This document shows, one piece after another, positions 1 to 13,898 of a DNA stretch of 64,000 nucleotides. A program made the translations under genes and the position numbers. The DNA is from Phoronis australis (Eukaryota > Animalia > Phoronida), in contig NMRA01000937.1 of NCBI GenBank assembly GCA_002633005.1, forward strand, positions 1 to 64,000, in the 5' to 3' direction. How positions within the stretch are numbered: the first letter of the stretch is position 1; each line of letters begins with the position of its first letter. Under the pieces are notes generated by a model that did no database searches, was not told the origin of the DNA, and saw nothing but the letters and a program-made list of their open reading frames with translations.

Positions 1-720
1 GTGGACCAAATTTTATAGGAAGGTTCAATGTTGCTAATTCAATTTATTTCACTTTGATATTTATGAGGCTTGATCTTTTTAGCACTGTGTGTACTTTAAA
101 TGTTGAAGGACCACTCTTGTGTTCTTCTGTATGGTGTAACTGTTGTACATAGTATTAAGTCAATACCATTCGGTCTAGAAATGAATAAGTGCTAATTCAA
201 TGCAAAAATCATGTTCATTGACATTTGCTTACAGAATTTTATCATTTTGTGTCTGGGAATACCATCACTGATACTCATTACTTACTTTTGATGTGATGTG
301 TTGATAGTGTGTTATCAAGCTTGTCTGAGGTGTGTAAACGAGTCTTCCTGATTCATTTTGGAATATTTAATCTCAAGTCTATACTATTAAGATTTCAATG
401 GGTTATAATACTGACTAACGTTAGGGCATGTGTAATTTGTTTATTGGTAAGCAATACTTGGTGGTAAAATTTTGTGCTAGTTTTGGGTGTTTAAACTCGG
501 TTCATTGTTGATATGAAAAGGCCTTTACTCTGGAGATTTGTTCATTGTTTCTGCTTTAATTACTTGAGTCCGCCTTATAAGAAACTGAAATCACTTGAGC
601 AGTATTACTTACAGGATTTTCAGTTCGTAATGTTATTATGACCAGTATACAGGAAGTAAGTAGTCCGATATTGTTACTAATACACTGTTTTGTTATGAAA
701 TAAAAAATAATCCACATGGA
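1..720 (+). other. Probable 3'UTR end of an upstream + strand gene
   Basis: T-rich non-coding sequence with AATAAA at ~699-704 followed by a T/GT-rich tract. No coding exon seen. Confidence 0.3.
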
Positions 721-1405
721 CTGAATTCAGTGCTGTTCGTTTTATTTTGTTTTGTTTTAAAAGAAGGCTAACTTCAGTGTATTGTTCTTGTTTGTTCCCC
801 AACTCTGAAAAAGATCTTGCTCATCATCTAAGTCATTCAGTAGTGCACTGCTGTAGTGTCTGGTTCATGAGTGAAAACAGATGTCTTTCAGTATCCATAA
901 GACCAGGAATAAAGAGATAACATCTCTTCCTGATGAGACACATAATACAGTAAGACAGTCATGTGAAAACAGTAGGCTTAACTTTATGTCACTGTGCTCA
1001 AATCAAAACACATAAACTACTATAGATTGTTTTAGTAAACAGTTTTCAGTCATACAGTGTGAACCTTCTGGGTGGACTACCAGAGTGACCAAAACAAACA
1101 GTTCTTGACCACTTAGTATGTCACTGCTGTTGTATCTCAGAGATCGCTATCTCTCTAGCTGGTTGTCACTGTAGAGTTTTGCTTCACTGTGAATGCAGTA
1201 AACATTTTCTTGATTTGCCATTGGGTTTGGGGTCGTCAAGGGAACTTGTCTAGCTTTGTTCGTCTGACAATTATGTGTTAACGATTTCGGAGGACTGCAA
1301 CAATGCACTGCACGTCGGGGTTTGTGTAGAGTGGGATCGCTCAGTCAAGACGACTTTGAATAGTTCCTATTGTCTATTCTATCTGCAAGTTTAAACTGCC
1401 ATGAG

Positions 1406-1540
1406 CAGTGGCGGATTTAGGCTGGGCTAAGGGGGTCAAGCCCATGGCCCCTTGATAATTCTCTGGCAGTTGGGGGGTGCAAATGTCTGACGGCAAAATT
1501 CTGGCTAACCTCTGCCCTCGAAATCCTGGATCCGCCCCTG
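1406..1540. mobile_element. Short MITE with CAG(T/G)GGCGGAT terminal inverted repeats
   Basis: Left end cagtggcggatttagg; right end cctggatccgcccctg. No clear target-site duplication. Confidence 0.6.
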
Positions 1541-1937
1541 TAAAGGGTTGCAAAGGTACGGAATCTACCTATTCTAAAACGGACAGGCCTGTTATGAAGA
1601 CTGTTTGTTTGTGTTGGCGCATCCAGGTCACGATTGGTGTGGCTCTGCCGGACTAAAATTCATGTCTCGTCTTTAGTGATGTACTGGAAGGCTCGTGTTA
1701 GCAGTCTTGGTTCTTCTTCTTATCACTAGAGCGTTGTGCGGTATTAGATAACAGGCCTAGGGGTGTTTCTGTGATCTAGCATGACTAACTAAACACCGAA
1801 TTTCTTAAATAGCAGTTTTCTCGGCAGACTCTTTACCTAAGGCCTTGCTTTCGATATATGGCACGATACAGGCCTGAGGAGAATGCACAAACGAAAAAAT
1901 TGTAACCGTTTAAACGGAACATTTTTGATCACAGTAA

Positions 1938-2210
1938 GGATTCGACTGATTTCAAATGTCATCGGTTATGCTACCAAAAAACGCATTTTGGAATTATTGT
2001 TGGACGGACGAGGTAATCTCTTTGACGTTATCATTGGTTTCGATCAGAGATAAAAAAAACAAAATCCATTGGATTCGACTCAGTGATTTCAAACTGAATG
2101 TCATCGGTTATGCTACCGAAAAACGCATTTTTGGAATTATTGTTGGATGGACGAGGTAATCTCTTTGAAGTTATCATTGGTTTCGATCAGAGACAAAAAA
2201 AAAATCCATT
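1938..2210. repeat. Tandem duplication, two copies of ~135 bp
   Basis: ggattcgact...gtcatcggttatgctacc...aaaatccatt occurs at 1938-2070 and 2071-2210. Confidence 0.85.
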
Positions 2211-3179
2211 ACGTCGAGATTTTGTGATTTTTTGAAATCTCCAATTGGCTCGCTGAAGTCATGGCGTTATTGGATTTATGGCCGAAAAACGCACCGCGGC
2301 CTTTGGGGATCCGATTGCTGGATTGTATTTACTTTTTGAAGACATTAACTTCGGACCTGGGTTTCCTTTCCAAGAAAAATGACTTAGATCCTCTGAATTA
2401 CTCAACAGAACCCCGTCTGAAAGCGTCTTTTTAATATGAAAATACCCCCGGGCCGGCCAGTAAACTTTCACATAATTTATAGGCCCTATGTGGATGTGGT
2501 CTCATATTCATGTAACTAGCCCGCCGGGGGCCAGCACATTGGCTGAAGCTCGAACCTGGTCACGAGGGGAAGAAGATAAACTGAAATTACAAAGAAACTC
2601 AGAAAGAACAATTTCATGTAATTTTGTAGAAGTAGGATGATCTGTATTCTATATGATTTCAGTGTTGCAAACCTACCCTGCGTGAGCTTGTTTTTCTGAG
2701 GTTTATGAGTCGCTGCGGCGGTGAATCAAATTCTTCATTGCCATCAATTATATTCAGTTTTCGTTCACCCATTTCTTCTGTTCTGCATGCATTTATTTTT
2801 TACTGTTTATAGGAAGTTCTGTTACTATATTCTTAGTAGTTTTCTGTCAACTTTTTTCTTTCTTTCATTTGGTTACTACATTTTTCTATTGTATTTTCAG
2901 TTGGCAGAAAAGAAGTAGGTAACTTAAGCATTCAATGTGAAGCCACAGTGGCATCACAAAGACAAACAAGGGCCCAACGAAGAACCAAAAATCACAACAT
3001 TTTATTGAACAAAATAAAACCTTTCTTTCTATAGGTATAGACCTGGGACGCAATTCTACTTTGATACTAGAATAGGACGCATTCTTCTTTTATAATTTTG
3101 CCCTGGTAGGCCCATGATCCCTGAAGCTGAAGATGGCTAGTCCTCGCGTCGTGCCATGAGATTGGTAGAAAGATAGAGT

Positions 3180-3300
3180 GTCTTAAACTACGGTGAGTCA
3201 ACTCATGGAGACGCTGTAGTCTATCGATAGAAATAATAACTTGCTCGATAGAGTGAGTGTTGATCTACGGAAATAATGTAGTTCACTACAGGCCGTCAGT
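3180..3300 (+). promoter_or_regulatory. NAE1 promoter region with a DRE (TATCGATA, 3222-3229) and ACTAC/GTAGT motifs
   Basis: CpG-richer region ~90-210 bp upstream of the ATG. Contains an exact DREF/BEAF-type palindrome typical of housekeeping promoters. Confidence 0.45.
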
Positions 3301-3387
3301 TTTCGCTATCGTGGTAGTGTTCAGTTTGCACGTTTGAGCGACATCTATTGAGCGACTGAACTTCAGTTGCTATTACCTTGCCACAGT

Positions 3388-6300
3388 ATGGCGGCTGCCG
3401 CATCTTCTTCATCAGGCAGTCTCGACAAGAACAAAAAATACGATCGTCAGTTGAGGTCTGTGGTTATTCTGATTCTATTTTTTGTCAACTCTGTTGTAAT
3501 CAATGATGAAAATAGTTGTAACTGGTAATCAGTGCTATAGATGTTGTATAGCAGCTGCACTGTCTCTGATACATGTACACGATTGTGTAGAATACCCGTC
3601 CCTGCCTGGCCTGTCCCTGGCCTAACGACAGTGACACTGACAGTGCCAGACACTAGTGACAGCCGCTGGCCTTGGATTTTTCAAAACTGCCCCTGGAATA
3701 AATTCAGTAAGCTGTCTTGGGAAGGCTGAGAGTAGTGCGACTCTCAGCAGGTTGGTTTCTTGCGGGATGGGACGTTAGCATAATTTCTGGTGTTTTATGA
3801 CTTTATAAGGATTGTGTACCGTAATCATGATTCTTCATTTCTTATTTCTGTGCCGTAGGTTATGGGGTGACCATGGTCAGTCTGCACTTGAATCAAGTAA
3901 AGTGTGTCTTGTAAACGCCACGGCAACTGGCTGTGAGATACTTAAGAACTTGATCTTGCCTGGTGTGGGCTCGTTTGTCATCGTTGATGGACAGAAAGTG
4001 GCTGGTGAAGACGTGGGCAACAAGTATGTATTTATGAAGTATACTCAAGTGAAATGTTGCAACACTGTTTTCCGTCATTGTAACTCATGTATTCCACAAT
4101 AATCATCTGGAGCATTTGAAAAATGTTTGTGTTTTGTTTCATGTCCTGGTTGTTCTTTGTATTAATTGAAGTTAATATTTGACTTTGTTTTGTGTTTTTG
4201 TCACATCTTTTTGTGTTGTGAATAATGCACTTAGGTTAATTTTGAAGCAGCATGACTGCCTGGAGCTCGATGAGTGGGAATGCCTAAATTGCGATATTCA
4301 AATATTACAATGTGTATGGCAAAATTGGCACTCTGAAGGAATTTAGCATTAGAAATGACCTTTCCTTTAATGCATGTAACAATCTCAAAACCTTGCCATT
4401 CATTTCAACTGTTATATATATATATTTAGGTTTCACTCTCCATGTTTGTTTTGTTGTGTCTCTTCTTTTTCAGCTTCTTCCTTGAAAAAGAAAGTATTGG
4501 AAAGGTAAACTTAATGTGTTTTAAGATAATGACATGCAACATATCTGCTAATGAAAGTTTGGATAGTTTTGCCATGTACAGCATTCTGGTAAAGTAATGA
4601 GATTTTTTGTTTAGTGAGCATTTCCTTGTTGTTTGTTGTTATGCATCACTGTTTGATTTTGTTGTTGTGCACCACTGTTTGATGTTTGTTATATTGGATG
4701 ATTAATGATTTTCAGTCCCGTGCTAAAACTGCTACAGAGCTACTCATTGAACTTAATGAAGATGTCTCAGGAGATTTTGTTGAAGAGGTATAAATGATTC
4801 TCTGTTTCATTTTATTGCTCAATATTCTTCTATGGTATTTCTTGGAACCTTATGAAATCAACCAGTGTGATTCTAACTATGATACTACAGTGCCAAACAG
4901 GTTTATGTAACTTTTATAAAACACATCAAGAGCTTGTCTGCAATTATGTGCATTTAACCCCATGTTAGGCACTGTGGGACACATGAGCTTTTGTTAAATT
5001 CCAGAGGACACTAAGAAAGACGTTTGTGCCATACTTTTGTGTGTTAATGCAATTTAACAATTGACCCTGTTTGTTAGCATACAGTGATGTTAACACCTGT
5101 TCTTTTTCAGAGTGTTGATGTCCTAATGAGCACCAATCCACACTTTTTTGAACAGTTCACCGTGGTAATAGCCACCAATATCTCAGAAAGGTTAGTTATT
5201 TTAGCAGCAGATAGGGAGCAGGCAGTGGCACCACCAGGTGGCACTAACAGGAATGACAGTAATAACTTTCTGGTTATGTAGAATCCTATGAAAATGGCCA
5301 ACTTTAGCTAAATTTGAAACATCATATCTCATAAATGGCTGATGGGATTCATGCGAAAATTCCAGACACTTGGTATTATGCACTGTTCTCAAAAACGCTG
5401 CCAAGAATTGTTATAAAATGTTCCACCTTTGCATGAGGGACTTCTTTTATTTTGATAAAACGAAAACGAAATGATATTTTAAGAAACTGTTGTAGCGTTT
5501 TTAATGTTTCACTTTGAACATTTACATTAATAAAATTTGTTGGTGATGTCGATAGCGTTGTTCCTTTCTTTTTTGATAAATTTTACTAATGAGACGTGAT
5601 CAGGTTGGTAATGAAATTCTATCGGCTTTCTACTTCCAGAAGATAAGTAGTTAAAATCTATAGTTTTCCAGATATTTTACTAAATGCACAGACATGTCGA
5701 TAAGGTCATACATAACTTTAACAGTGTCAGTTGCAGTATCAGCTTTCTGTAGTAAAGCTTAGTCATCAGTACTTTGGCAAGAACTGCCCATGAGCTCAAC
5801 TCTTTCATCAAATTTTTAAAACAACCCTGGCAACCAGAAATAGTTCAAGCTTGGAATTGCTTCTCTTAAAATTTATGCACGGCGATTTATGTCTTGGGGG
5901 GTGGTTATGTCAAAATAATGGATTTTTGTATTAGTTAATGAGCAAGTTTTAGTAATCATTAAATAAAATGTCTATGTATTTGTTTCCAAGTGACTCCTTT
6001 CAAAATTATATTCTTAAACATTGCAGTAGTCTTATTTCATTGGCTGAGCTGCTGTGGAACGTGGACATTCCTCTTGTTCTGTGCCGTTCATATGGATTCA
6101 TTGGTTACCTGAGATTGGTTGTCAAGGAACACACAGGTAAGTGTAATGTACGGAGAGGACTGTCTGTCAACATCACTCATTTTTGTAAATCAAGAGTCAC
6201 AGAAATACACTTCCACCTAAAGTTTTGAGCGCTCTTGGAAGGATTTTCATTATTGCGTATAAAAACAAGGAAATGTTCATTTCTGATTTCCACCAGCGAA

Positions 6301-9300
6301 AGCAATTTCTGGTAGTGTATTTAAAAAAGACACACCAGTCTGTTCATTGATCACAAAAATAATAAGGAGATCATTTTTAATCAATTCGTTGTTGTATGTG
6401 CGGCATTTTAATAAGTGTAGCCTTTTGAAGCAGATTCTGTTAGATTGTGCAGTACTATTTTGCTCCAATGTCTAATACAGCCTGTAATTAACAAATTTCT
6501 GGATGATATTATTCTAAACTGTGTGTTTGTCAATTGCAGTGACTGAGTCTCATCCTGACAGTGTGCATGATGATCTTAGGTTAGACAGACCACTACCTGA
6601 GTTTGTTGCATTCTGTGACTCTCTCAACTTAAACACCATGAGCAAAAAGGTAGGTTGTTTACACTGACTTACAGCTCGTTTGCAACCAGGTGGATTGTTA
6701 CGTGACGAACTGTGTCGTGTTATGATGAAGTGTACCTGCTTGTAGGTCTGTTGTCTGATATCATTGAAGTTGTGTCAGGATGTTATGTTTTTATAACTTT
6801 ATGTTGAGTTAACCTGATTAATTTGGGAAATAAGTTATCATTTATCTCGCCATTCGCTCATTTGAAATAATTATTTTCAGAACTTATTGTTTGTTAAAGG
6901 CTATCCATAGTTTATTACTAACCTGCAGTTATGTTGTTTGTGGCAACCAACTGCACACATTTCTGATTTCATGTGTGTCTGATTGTTGTTTACTAACTAA
7001 AGTTCTAACCCCTTCACTACCACTGATGTACATAGCCACACCCCTTGGCTAGTGTTGATGGTTGTATATATGTGTCAAAAGACTGTACATCATTCTAATT
7101 TATGTTGATAAAGGATCATAGCCACACCCCTTGGCTAGTGCTGATGTACAAGTTTCTGAATGAATGGCGGCAAACACGTGGACAGAACCCAGCTAATTAC
7201 AAAGAAAAACAGGAATTTAAAGAGTTTCTCAGGAAGGGTGAGTAGGCCACATGTTGACAATGTGTGAATTATAGTTGTTGGTCTCAGCAGATAATATTGT
7301 GTGGTATTGAGAAAAATAGAGGACAAATTTCAGTTGGAACGTAAGTGATAGAGAATCATCAAATTTTAACTGTATAAACAGAGAATGAAGTTTTGCTTTG
7401 TAAAAGTAACAAATCACTTTGACATATGTAGTGTTACAGCTAAACACAAGCAACACTCAGTCCTTGATAAAAATATTTAAAGAAAGTCATCGACACGAGA
7501 AGGTTGATCATGAGTTAAAGCATGTCCTGGATTCACAGCTAGAATGATGTTTTCAACATTACTGACTTTTCTTTCACCTTTGAGAGACCACAATCTGAGT
7601 CTTAAGCTAACATTATGATTATTAACTTTACCGAAACAATTCAACTCTGCACATTCAGGATGAGTTGAGAAAAGCGTTCATTTTAAATGTTGTTCTTGAG
7701 ATTACATTGTATCCATTTAATTCTGTATGTTCAGTTCTGATTCTCGATTGGCTGTATTGGATCATCAAGAAATTCACTCATATTTGTAGTGTATGGTTTC
7801 AGACTGTACTGCAGCAGGTAATGGTCTGATATAACGTCCCCGAATTTTGATAACCAGTTTTCCCTACTAAATAACAGGCATGAAACTGGTTCTCAAAATG
7901 CGGGCATGTTATATCAGAATGTTGCCCTGCAGCATATGACTTTCACTTTCTGCATTGTTTTCCTGGTGATTGTGCTATAGGTATCCGTAAAAATGAAGAG
8001 GGTGTTCCAGAGGAAGAAGAGAATTTTGACGAGGCAATAAAGAACGTGAATACTGCATTACTACCTACCAGGGTATGTTCACATGTCATGTATTATAGGG
8101 TCTTAGACTACTGATGTGATGTAGAATGTGAATGAAGGAATGCCACGGTTAGTTTACATGTGATATATTGCGGGAGGTTTAGCCTGCAGTATATGATGTA
8201 GAATGTGAACATAGGACTGCCAAGTTATGTTCACTTGTGGTGTATTATGAGAGGCTAAGTCCTCAGTATATGATATAGATTGTGAACATAGGACTGCCAA
8301 GGTATGTTCACATGTTATATTCAGTTGTGTTGTACATCCAGTTCTTTCGTTTTTCCTTTGGTTCACTGGTAACATGCTGATGCACCTTTCCACCTAAATG
8401 CAAAGAGACCATTTCCCATTGGGAAATACACAACATATGTGTGCCTAGACAGAAATTGTCTTGCGCAAATTTCTCAGTTTCAATTTTTGTTTAATCAAGC
8501 GGATTCCTACATTTTCTCAGAGTTTTTTTTTTGCAAAATGGTCTCTGTGTTCAAGTTGCACCAAAGTGTCGTTGGCTGTAAAGCGTTGATTTGTCGTAAA
8601 ATTTAAGTTTGTTGACTGGCTTTGGTTCCAGGTTCCTAGTGCAGTATTGGATATTTTAAACGATCACTCTTGTACAAATCTGACGGCTGAAGCTAAACCT
8701 TTCTGGATCATGGCCCATGCACTCAAACACTTTGTAGAGAATGAGGGACAAGGTATGCATTGATATTATTAGAACCTCCGTCTCATTGTCTTATTGTTAT
8801 CAAATGAATAAATACATGTAAGAAAGAAAATCATGCAATATATTGATGTAATGCTACAAAATGTACTTCAAAGTGAGTACATTTTAAACTTGTGTAGGTT
8901 TACATTTGTTTAGTTACTTCTCTTTTATTTGATTCTTTTGATCACGAGTTATTGCTGGTATTTTTTATCCTTCTAATGTATCAAAGTGACATTTCACTGA
9001 AGATCAGGGGAGTTAAGTCAAGCATAAGGTAGTAACAGTGAACCCAGAAACAGTCAGGTCGAGCTGTTCTGTAATGTATTCATGTAAAATTAGAAATGCT
9101 AATGTATCAATATTACCTTGAAAAGGCATCTGTACCGGAATAATCCTGTGTGTGACAGCTGTAAACTGCACTTGTCAGATAGTTGAAATGAAACTTGCGT
9201 GACTAGCATTGTACAATGTCCTGTAGGTGCGTTACCTGTGCGGGGAACTCTACCAGACATGACCTCGGACTCTGAGCGCTACATCATTCTACAACGTATA

Positions 9301-11824
9301 TACCAACGAGCAGCTGAGCGTGACGCCACCACAGTTGAACACAGAGTCCAGTGTTTGCTGCAACAGCTTAGTCTGGTGGGTTAGGCTCTAGGTTAAAGCT
9401 GCTGTCCCCAGTTATCAGCTCATAATGTGTGTACGTGCGTGCATACTTGTGTGTGTGTATGCACGAGTGTGTGCGTGTGCACAAGTGCGTGCGTGTGCAC
9501 AAATTACATATACATATACACGCTTTAAAACTGTTTTACACATGCTCCAAATCTGTTGACTTACTTGTCAACAACATATAGTGTTTGGAAAGCAATGGAA
9601 CTTTAAAAAGTAGTGCTAATGTAATGCAAGATATTTCAGTCGTGATTTCACATGAAAAAGGTATAGTTTAATAGACTGTTAAGTCAGTCTTCAGTAATTA
9701 GCACGAGGTTTCACCTCTGTTTCATTACACCTGTTTCTTCTCTGCAGCGCGTGTTGTGCTGGGATACATAGAGGCTCGTTCTGGAACTGAAATTAAGAGA
9801 GTTCTCTCCCACTTTTTCTCATCAAGTTTGCTATTTCAACTTTCTGCTAAAACGTCGTTTTGCTAGATGTTTTGTTTTGCTCCGTGGTGTTTAAATCACG
9901 TGTGTGTTGTTAGGGGATACAGCTCAGTATCCCAGCATTCCATGCGGTACACTTTTTGACAGCAACAAACACTAAAACACAAAGCTTGTTCCCCCATCTG
10001 AAGATGATTTTCAAATGTAAGGTTCATCTCAAATTCGACTCTAGTTGATCGATCACTATTGTGCATTTCTGCAGATAGATTCTGTTGTATTCCATAAATT
10101 AGAATGAGAGCACAAGTCGTCATTGGCACAACTTAATCAACTTATTACCAGACACCCTACACTGTGCCTTCAGTTGGTCTAAAACTTCATGTGTTCTGTA
10201 ACCTACCACAGAAGTCTATAGCATCCACCAGGGGGAGCAGTAGTGTTTTATTGTTTTGTTTTGTAAGTCAGTATGTTGCACTTGACAACAGTTTCCTTTC
10301 CTGTTGTAGGACGAGCCTCTAGATCCTCGCCAACACAGCCATAAACAAGTAGTTATCTCTGAGTAACTCTTCTTTGCTTGCTTGTTATAGATGTTGATAA
10401 CATTGTTGGCTTTTCTTACAACCCTCATATCTCTGCTGATAGTAAAGGTGTTATTCCAAAGGTGACGAACTCTTCTTCCACGAGGCTCGAAATTTTAAAG
10501 TCATGTTGGTTTTCATTTATTAACTGCCAAGTTGGAAAAAACATCTACCCAAATTTTTGTGAGCGAAGTTTAAATATGTCCAATGTTAGGTTGTGGGTTC
10601 AGACTGTCCATTCTTTCCACTAACTGAGCCCAGAGTTAGCATGGTTCAGTGTATGTCTAAAGCGTTGGGGCAAAATGATCTGGACTTCCAGTCATGGTGG
10701 CAGGGAGCTAGTGGAATTCTTATTATAGTGGCCATTTATCATGACATGGTATGATGACAAATGTACCGTAAAGTTATCATAGTGGAAACTATATTCTGCC
10801 ATTTGGATTTTTCGGCAAGAAGAATCCTTTTGGCTCCATATGGTATAAATTATTATGCTGGGTAAACGGTGCATTGTCTGATTACTATTGGTGTGTTCTC
10901 TCTTCTGCAATCTGGATAGTGGGCAAAAAGATAAAGATCTAGACGTGCTATCGTGAAGCATGAAGTTGTGTTATGCATTGGAGGAGAATGAAGGAATGGC
11001 ATGAGCGTTGTTTGATCTGCTACTGTGTTCAGTTTACATACATCACCATCCTCCAAAGTGGCACGGAAACCACGTTTGAACGTTTTTAATCGAATGAATC
11101 AGTGTTCCGCTTTTTACACAATGTATTACAGACGGGTGATCTTCAGTGAATTGTTCTGGAGCTGAATTCACTCCTTGAAACCGAATTTATTTTATTTCGA
11201 AGTTGGTGATATTTGACCTTGTTTGCAGCAGTAACTAGTGTGTGTTCTCGCATGGTGTTTGCTAAATTTTGTTCTTTTTAGTGTTTGTTTAAACCGTGTG
11301 CGTTGTGTCTCTGTTCACAGGCCCAAGATGTCATCACCACATCAAAAGTGAAGCTTTTCTGTAAGTACGTCATGTTTATCATGAAACACATTTGATATTG
11401 AATCTCACCATTTTCTGTGCAGTTTCTGACCTACTTTTCTTTTTCACTCTTGTGTAAATAGTTAGTGCAATTGTCTGAGTCAAAGGTATTGTCTTGAACC
11501 TGTAGAGGTAGCAGTCAAAGTCTTTAACAGGCTGCTGGACATAGTGTGGTATTGAGAGTATAATTGTATGGTGAGGAGACTATAATTTCTCATGAAATAT
11601 TTGTGTATGAGAGATAGGGTGCATCATGTGATCTGTGTATTTTGTTGTTGTATTTCAGGTAAATATGCCAGCTTCTTACGACTCATCAGAACAAGGTCAA
11701 TAGCTGAAGAGTACAACTTTGAGACCGCGCAGAGTTCTCAAATAGGTAAACTGCTTCAGTACTCATGTCTACACAACTCTATGCAAGTGTTGCAACAGTA
11801 CTATCACAACTTCATGTCTGAGTA

Positions 11825-11910
<86 letters not shown>

Positions 11911-13898
11911 TGTGTGTATGTGCATGTATTGCAATTCTTTCATCACACTTTCATATCCGAGTACTTCAGTGTGTGTCTGTGGTACTGTTGTGCCCTCACT
12001 CTTGGAAGTTTGGTTTGTTCAACAGTTTTTAATAGACATAATTCTAAACATTGCACATGGATCAAATTGTAGGTGAAATATCCAAAATCTGGTTACTCTT
12101 TAGCTTTGCTCATTCAGTGTCGACCAAAAGTTGCAAGTTTTATGGAAGCTACTATTAAATGACCTTTCACTAAATACCTTCTTGATGTTAATCATTTATT
12201 TTTGTACAACTGGGCTCATTCTCATTCTTTACTCATATTAGAAGAGATTTGGAGTGAAGGAAGTACCCACAATTCCTTACTGTACCACATGGTCCTCAAT
12301 GCAAAGTAAGGTCTGTTGAATGGAGCCATCTTACAAAGCCTCATCTTGAGCAGCTACAACATATCAGTTCTTTCTGTGCCCAGAAATCAAAATTACTTTT
12401 AGTCTGAATAAGCCAAGGAACAATTTTATTATTATAGTATGTGATCTGAATTAAAAGCTTGTTAGTTTCTGACAGAAGGTGAGTTTGTAACACTTTGAAA
12501 TATACAGCTTGTCCCCTACTTATTAGAGAGATCTGACTACGTCTCATTTTTACAGCTATGCACCTAGAAGACACAGAGAACAATGACTTTGTCTTCTACA
12601 CTCTCCTGCGAGCTGTGGACAGGTTCCATGCAGAGTATAACAGGTACCCTGGGTACTATACCTCCACAGTTGAAACAGACGTACCCAAGTTAAAGGTATG
12701 ACTTGTTTTATGTGATGATAGAAAAGGTACAATATTATACATCCTGCACATTGTGCTGGTTTGAGAAAGAATGTTCAGATGCAAGTTGTTTTAATGACAA
12801 GAGGTATGGTGTGGGTAGAAAATGGGATTTAGAAAGGTTAAAATGGTTCTGAGTTTTCAAAATGGCGCCAACCACCTCAGGAAACTACACTATTCACTTT
12901 CTCACTATTTACCCACAATGCAGCTCTTCTGTGTGCCACTTTTTTGTTAAGTTTAGCAACAAGCACTGTATCAAAGCCTTCTAGTACTTTCAGTGTTGTG
13001 ACTGCCAAGCTTCTCTTCATTTCCTCTCCCACTGATAACACAACTAAGATTGTACTGCATTTGTTTTCTTATCTGATCGATTATTCGAGGATGATTTAAG
13101 GAACACATAGTATAACTGTGATGAATATTCAGTGTCGGAGGTAATGGCATTGGTATTTAATTTTGGTCACGGATTAGGTGCCTGGATGATTCATCGAAAG
13201 AAGTGTCCGTCTGAAACTATGAAGACTATCACATTTTCTTTGATGGTTCTTTACAGGCCTGTTTAAATAAACTGCTGCAAGACTGGGGTCTTGAACCTCT
13301 TGTCAAGGACGACTTTGTACATGAAATGTAAGTACATTCACCTACACAAGATTAGCAGTTTTGTTATATTGTCATTGTGTGTAACGATGGGAGAAATGAG
13401 GCGATTGGTTTTAGCACTGCGCAATCTCTAGCCAGGAAGTTGAAACGTTATATTTGTAATACACGATGACATCTCCCACAGACTTGCATTATCTCACCAT
13501 ACTCAAAACATAGTAAGCTTGATAGCTTCGTCACTGTAATTGCAATTAAAGTACAATTAGTTTACTATAAGAAGATAGAAGTATTTAGAAGTAGACCTGT
13601 TAGTCTTGAGACTAAGGAAATGATGTTTGTTTACATCATGAGAACAAATTTAAGAAAAAATATTTACTGATGTGTATGCGAATCAATGACGATCATCCAT
13701 GCTACAAGCACGATTTACCAAGTGTCTTGTATGAACAGGTGCTGTTATGGTGGCTCCGAACTACACGCCATTGCGTCGTTGATGGGTGGAATAGCAGCCC
13801 AGGAGGTGATCAAACTCATCACACATCAGTTCATTCCCATTAACAATACTTACATATATAATGGAATGAAACAGACGTCAATGACCGTCCAGCTATGA
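3388..13898 (+). CDS. NAE1: NEDD8-activating enzyme E1 regulatory subunit (APP-BP1/ULA1), spliced, ~539 aa
   Basis: Exons: 3388-3455, 3859-4023, 4474-4504, 4716-4787, 5111-5190, 6027-6136, 6540-6649, 7114-7237, 7981-8072, 8632-8752, 9227-9375, 11321-11360, 11659-11745, 12556-12695, 13257-13327, 13739-13898. All introns GT-AG, phases match, total 1620 nt. Family motifs: [89 protein letters not shown]. Confidence 0.97.
7810..7934. repeat. Imperfect palindrome (MITE-like hairpin) in NAE1 intron 8
   Basis: tctgatataacgtccccgaattttgataaccagttt pairs with aaactggttctcaaaatgcgggcatgttatatcaga. Confidence 0.7.
8040..8320 (+). repeat. Degenerate ~76-bp tandem repeat containing the NAE1 exon 9 donor
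   Basis: gtatgttcacatg-like starts at 8073, 8149, 8225 and 8302, each preceded by an agaa(c/t)gtgaa...cca(g/c/a)g-like end. Confidence 0.7.
11830..11909. repeat. (TG)n microsatellite
   Basis: About 40 perfect GT units in NAE1 intron 13. Confidence 0.98.

Noticed and set aside
11592-12076. Poly-(CV) ORFs
   Set aside because: Translations of the (TG)n microsatellite; only 11659-11745 is a real NAE1 exon.
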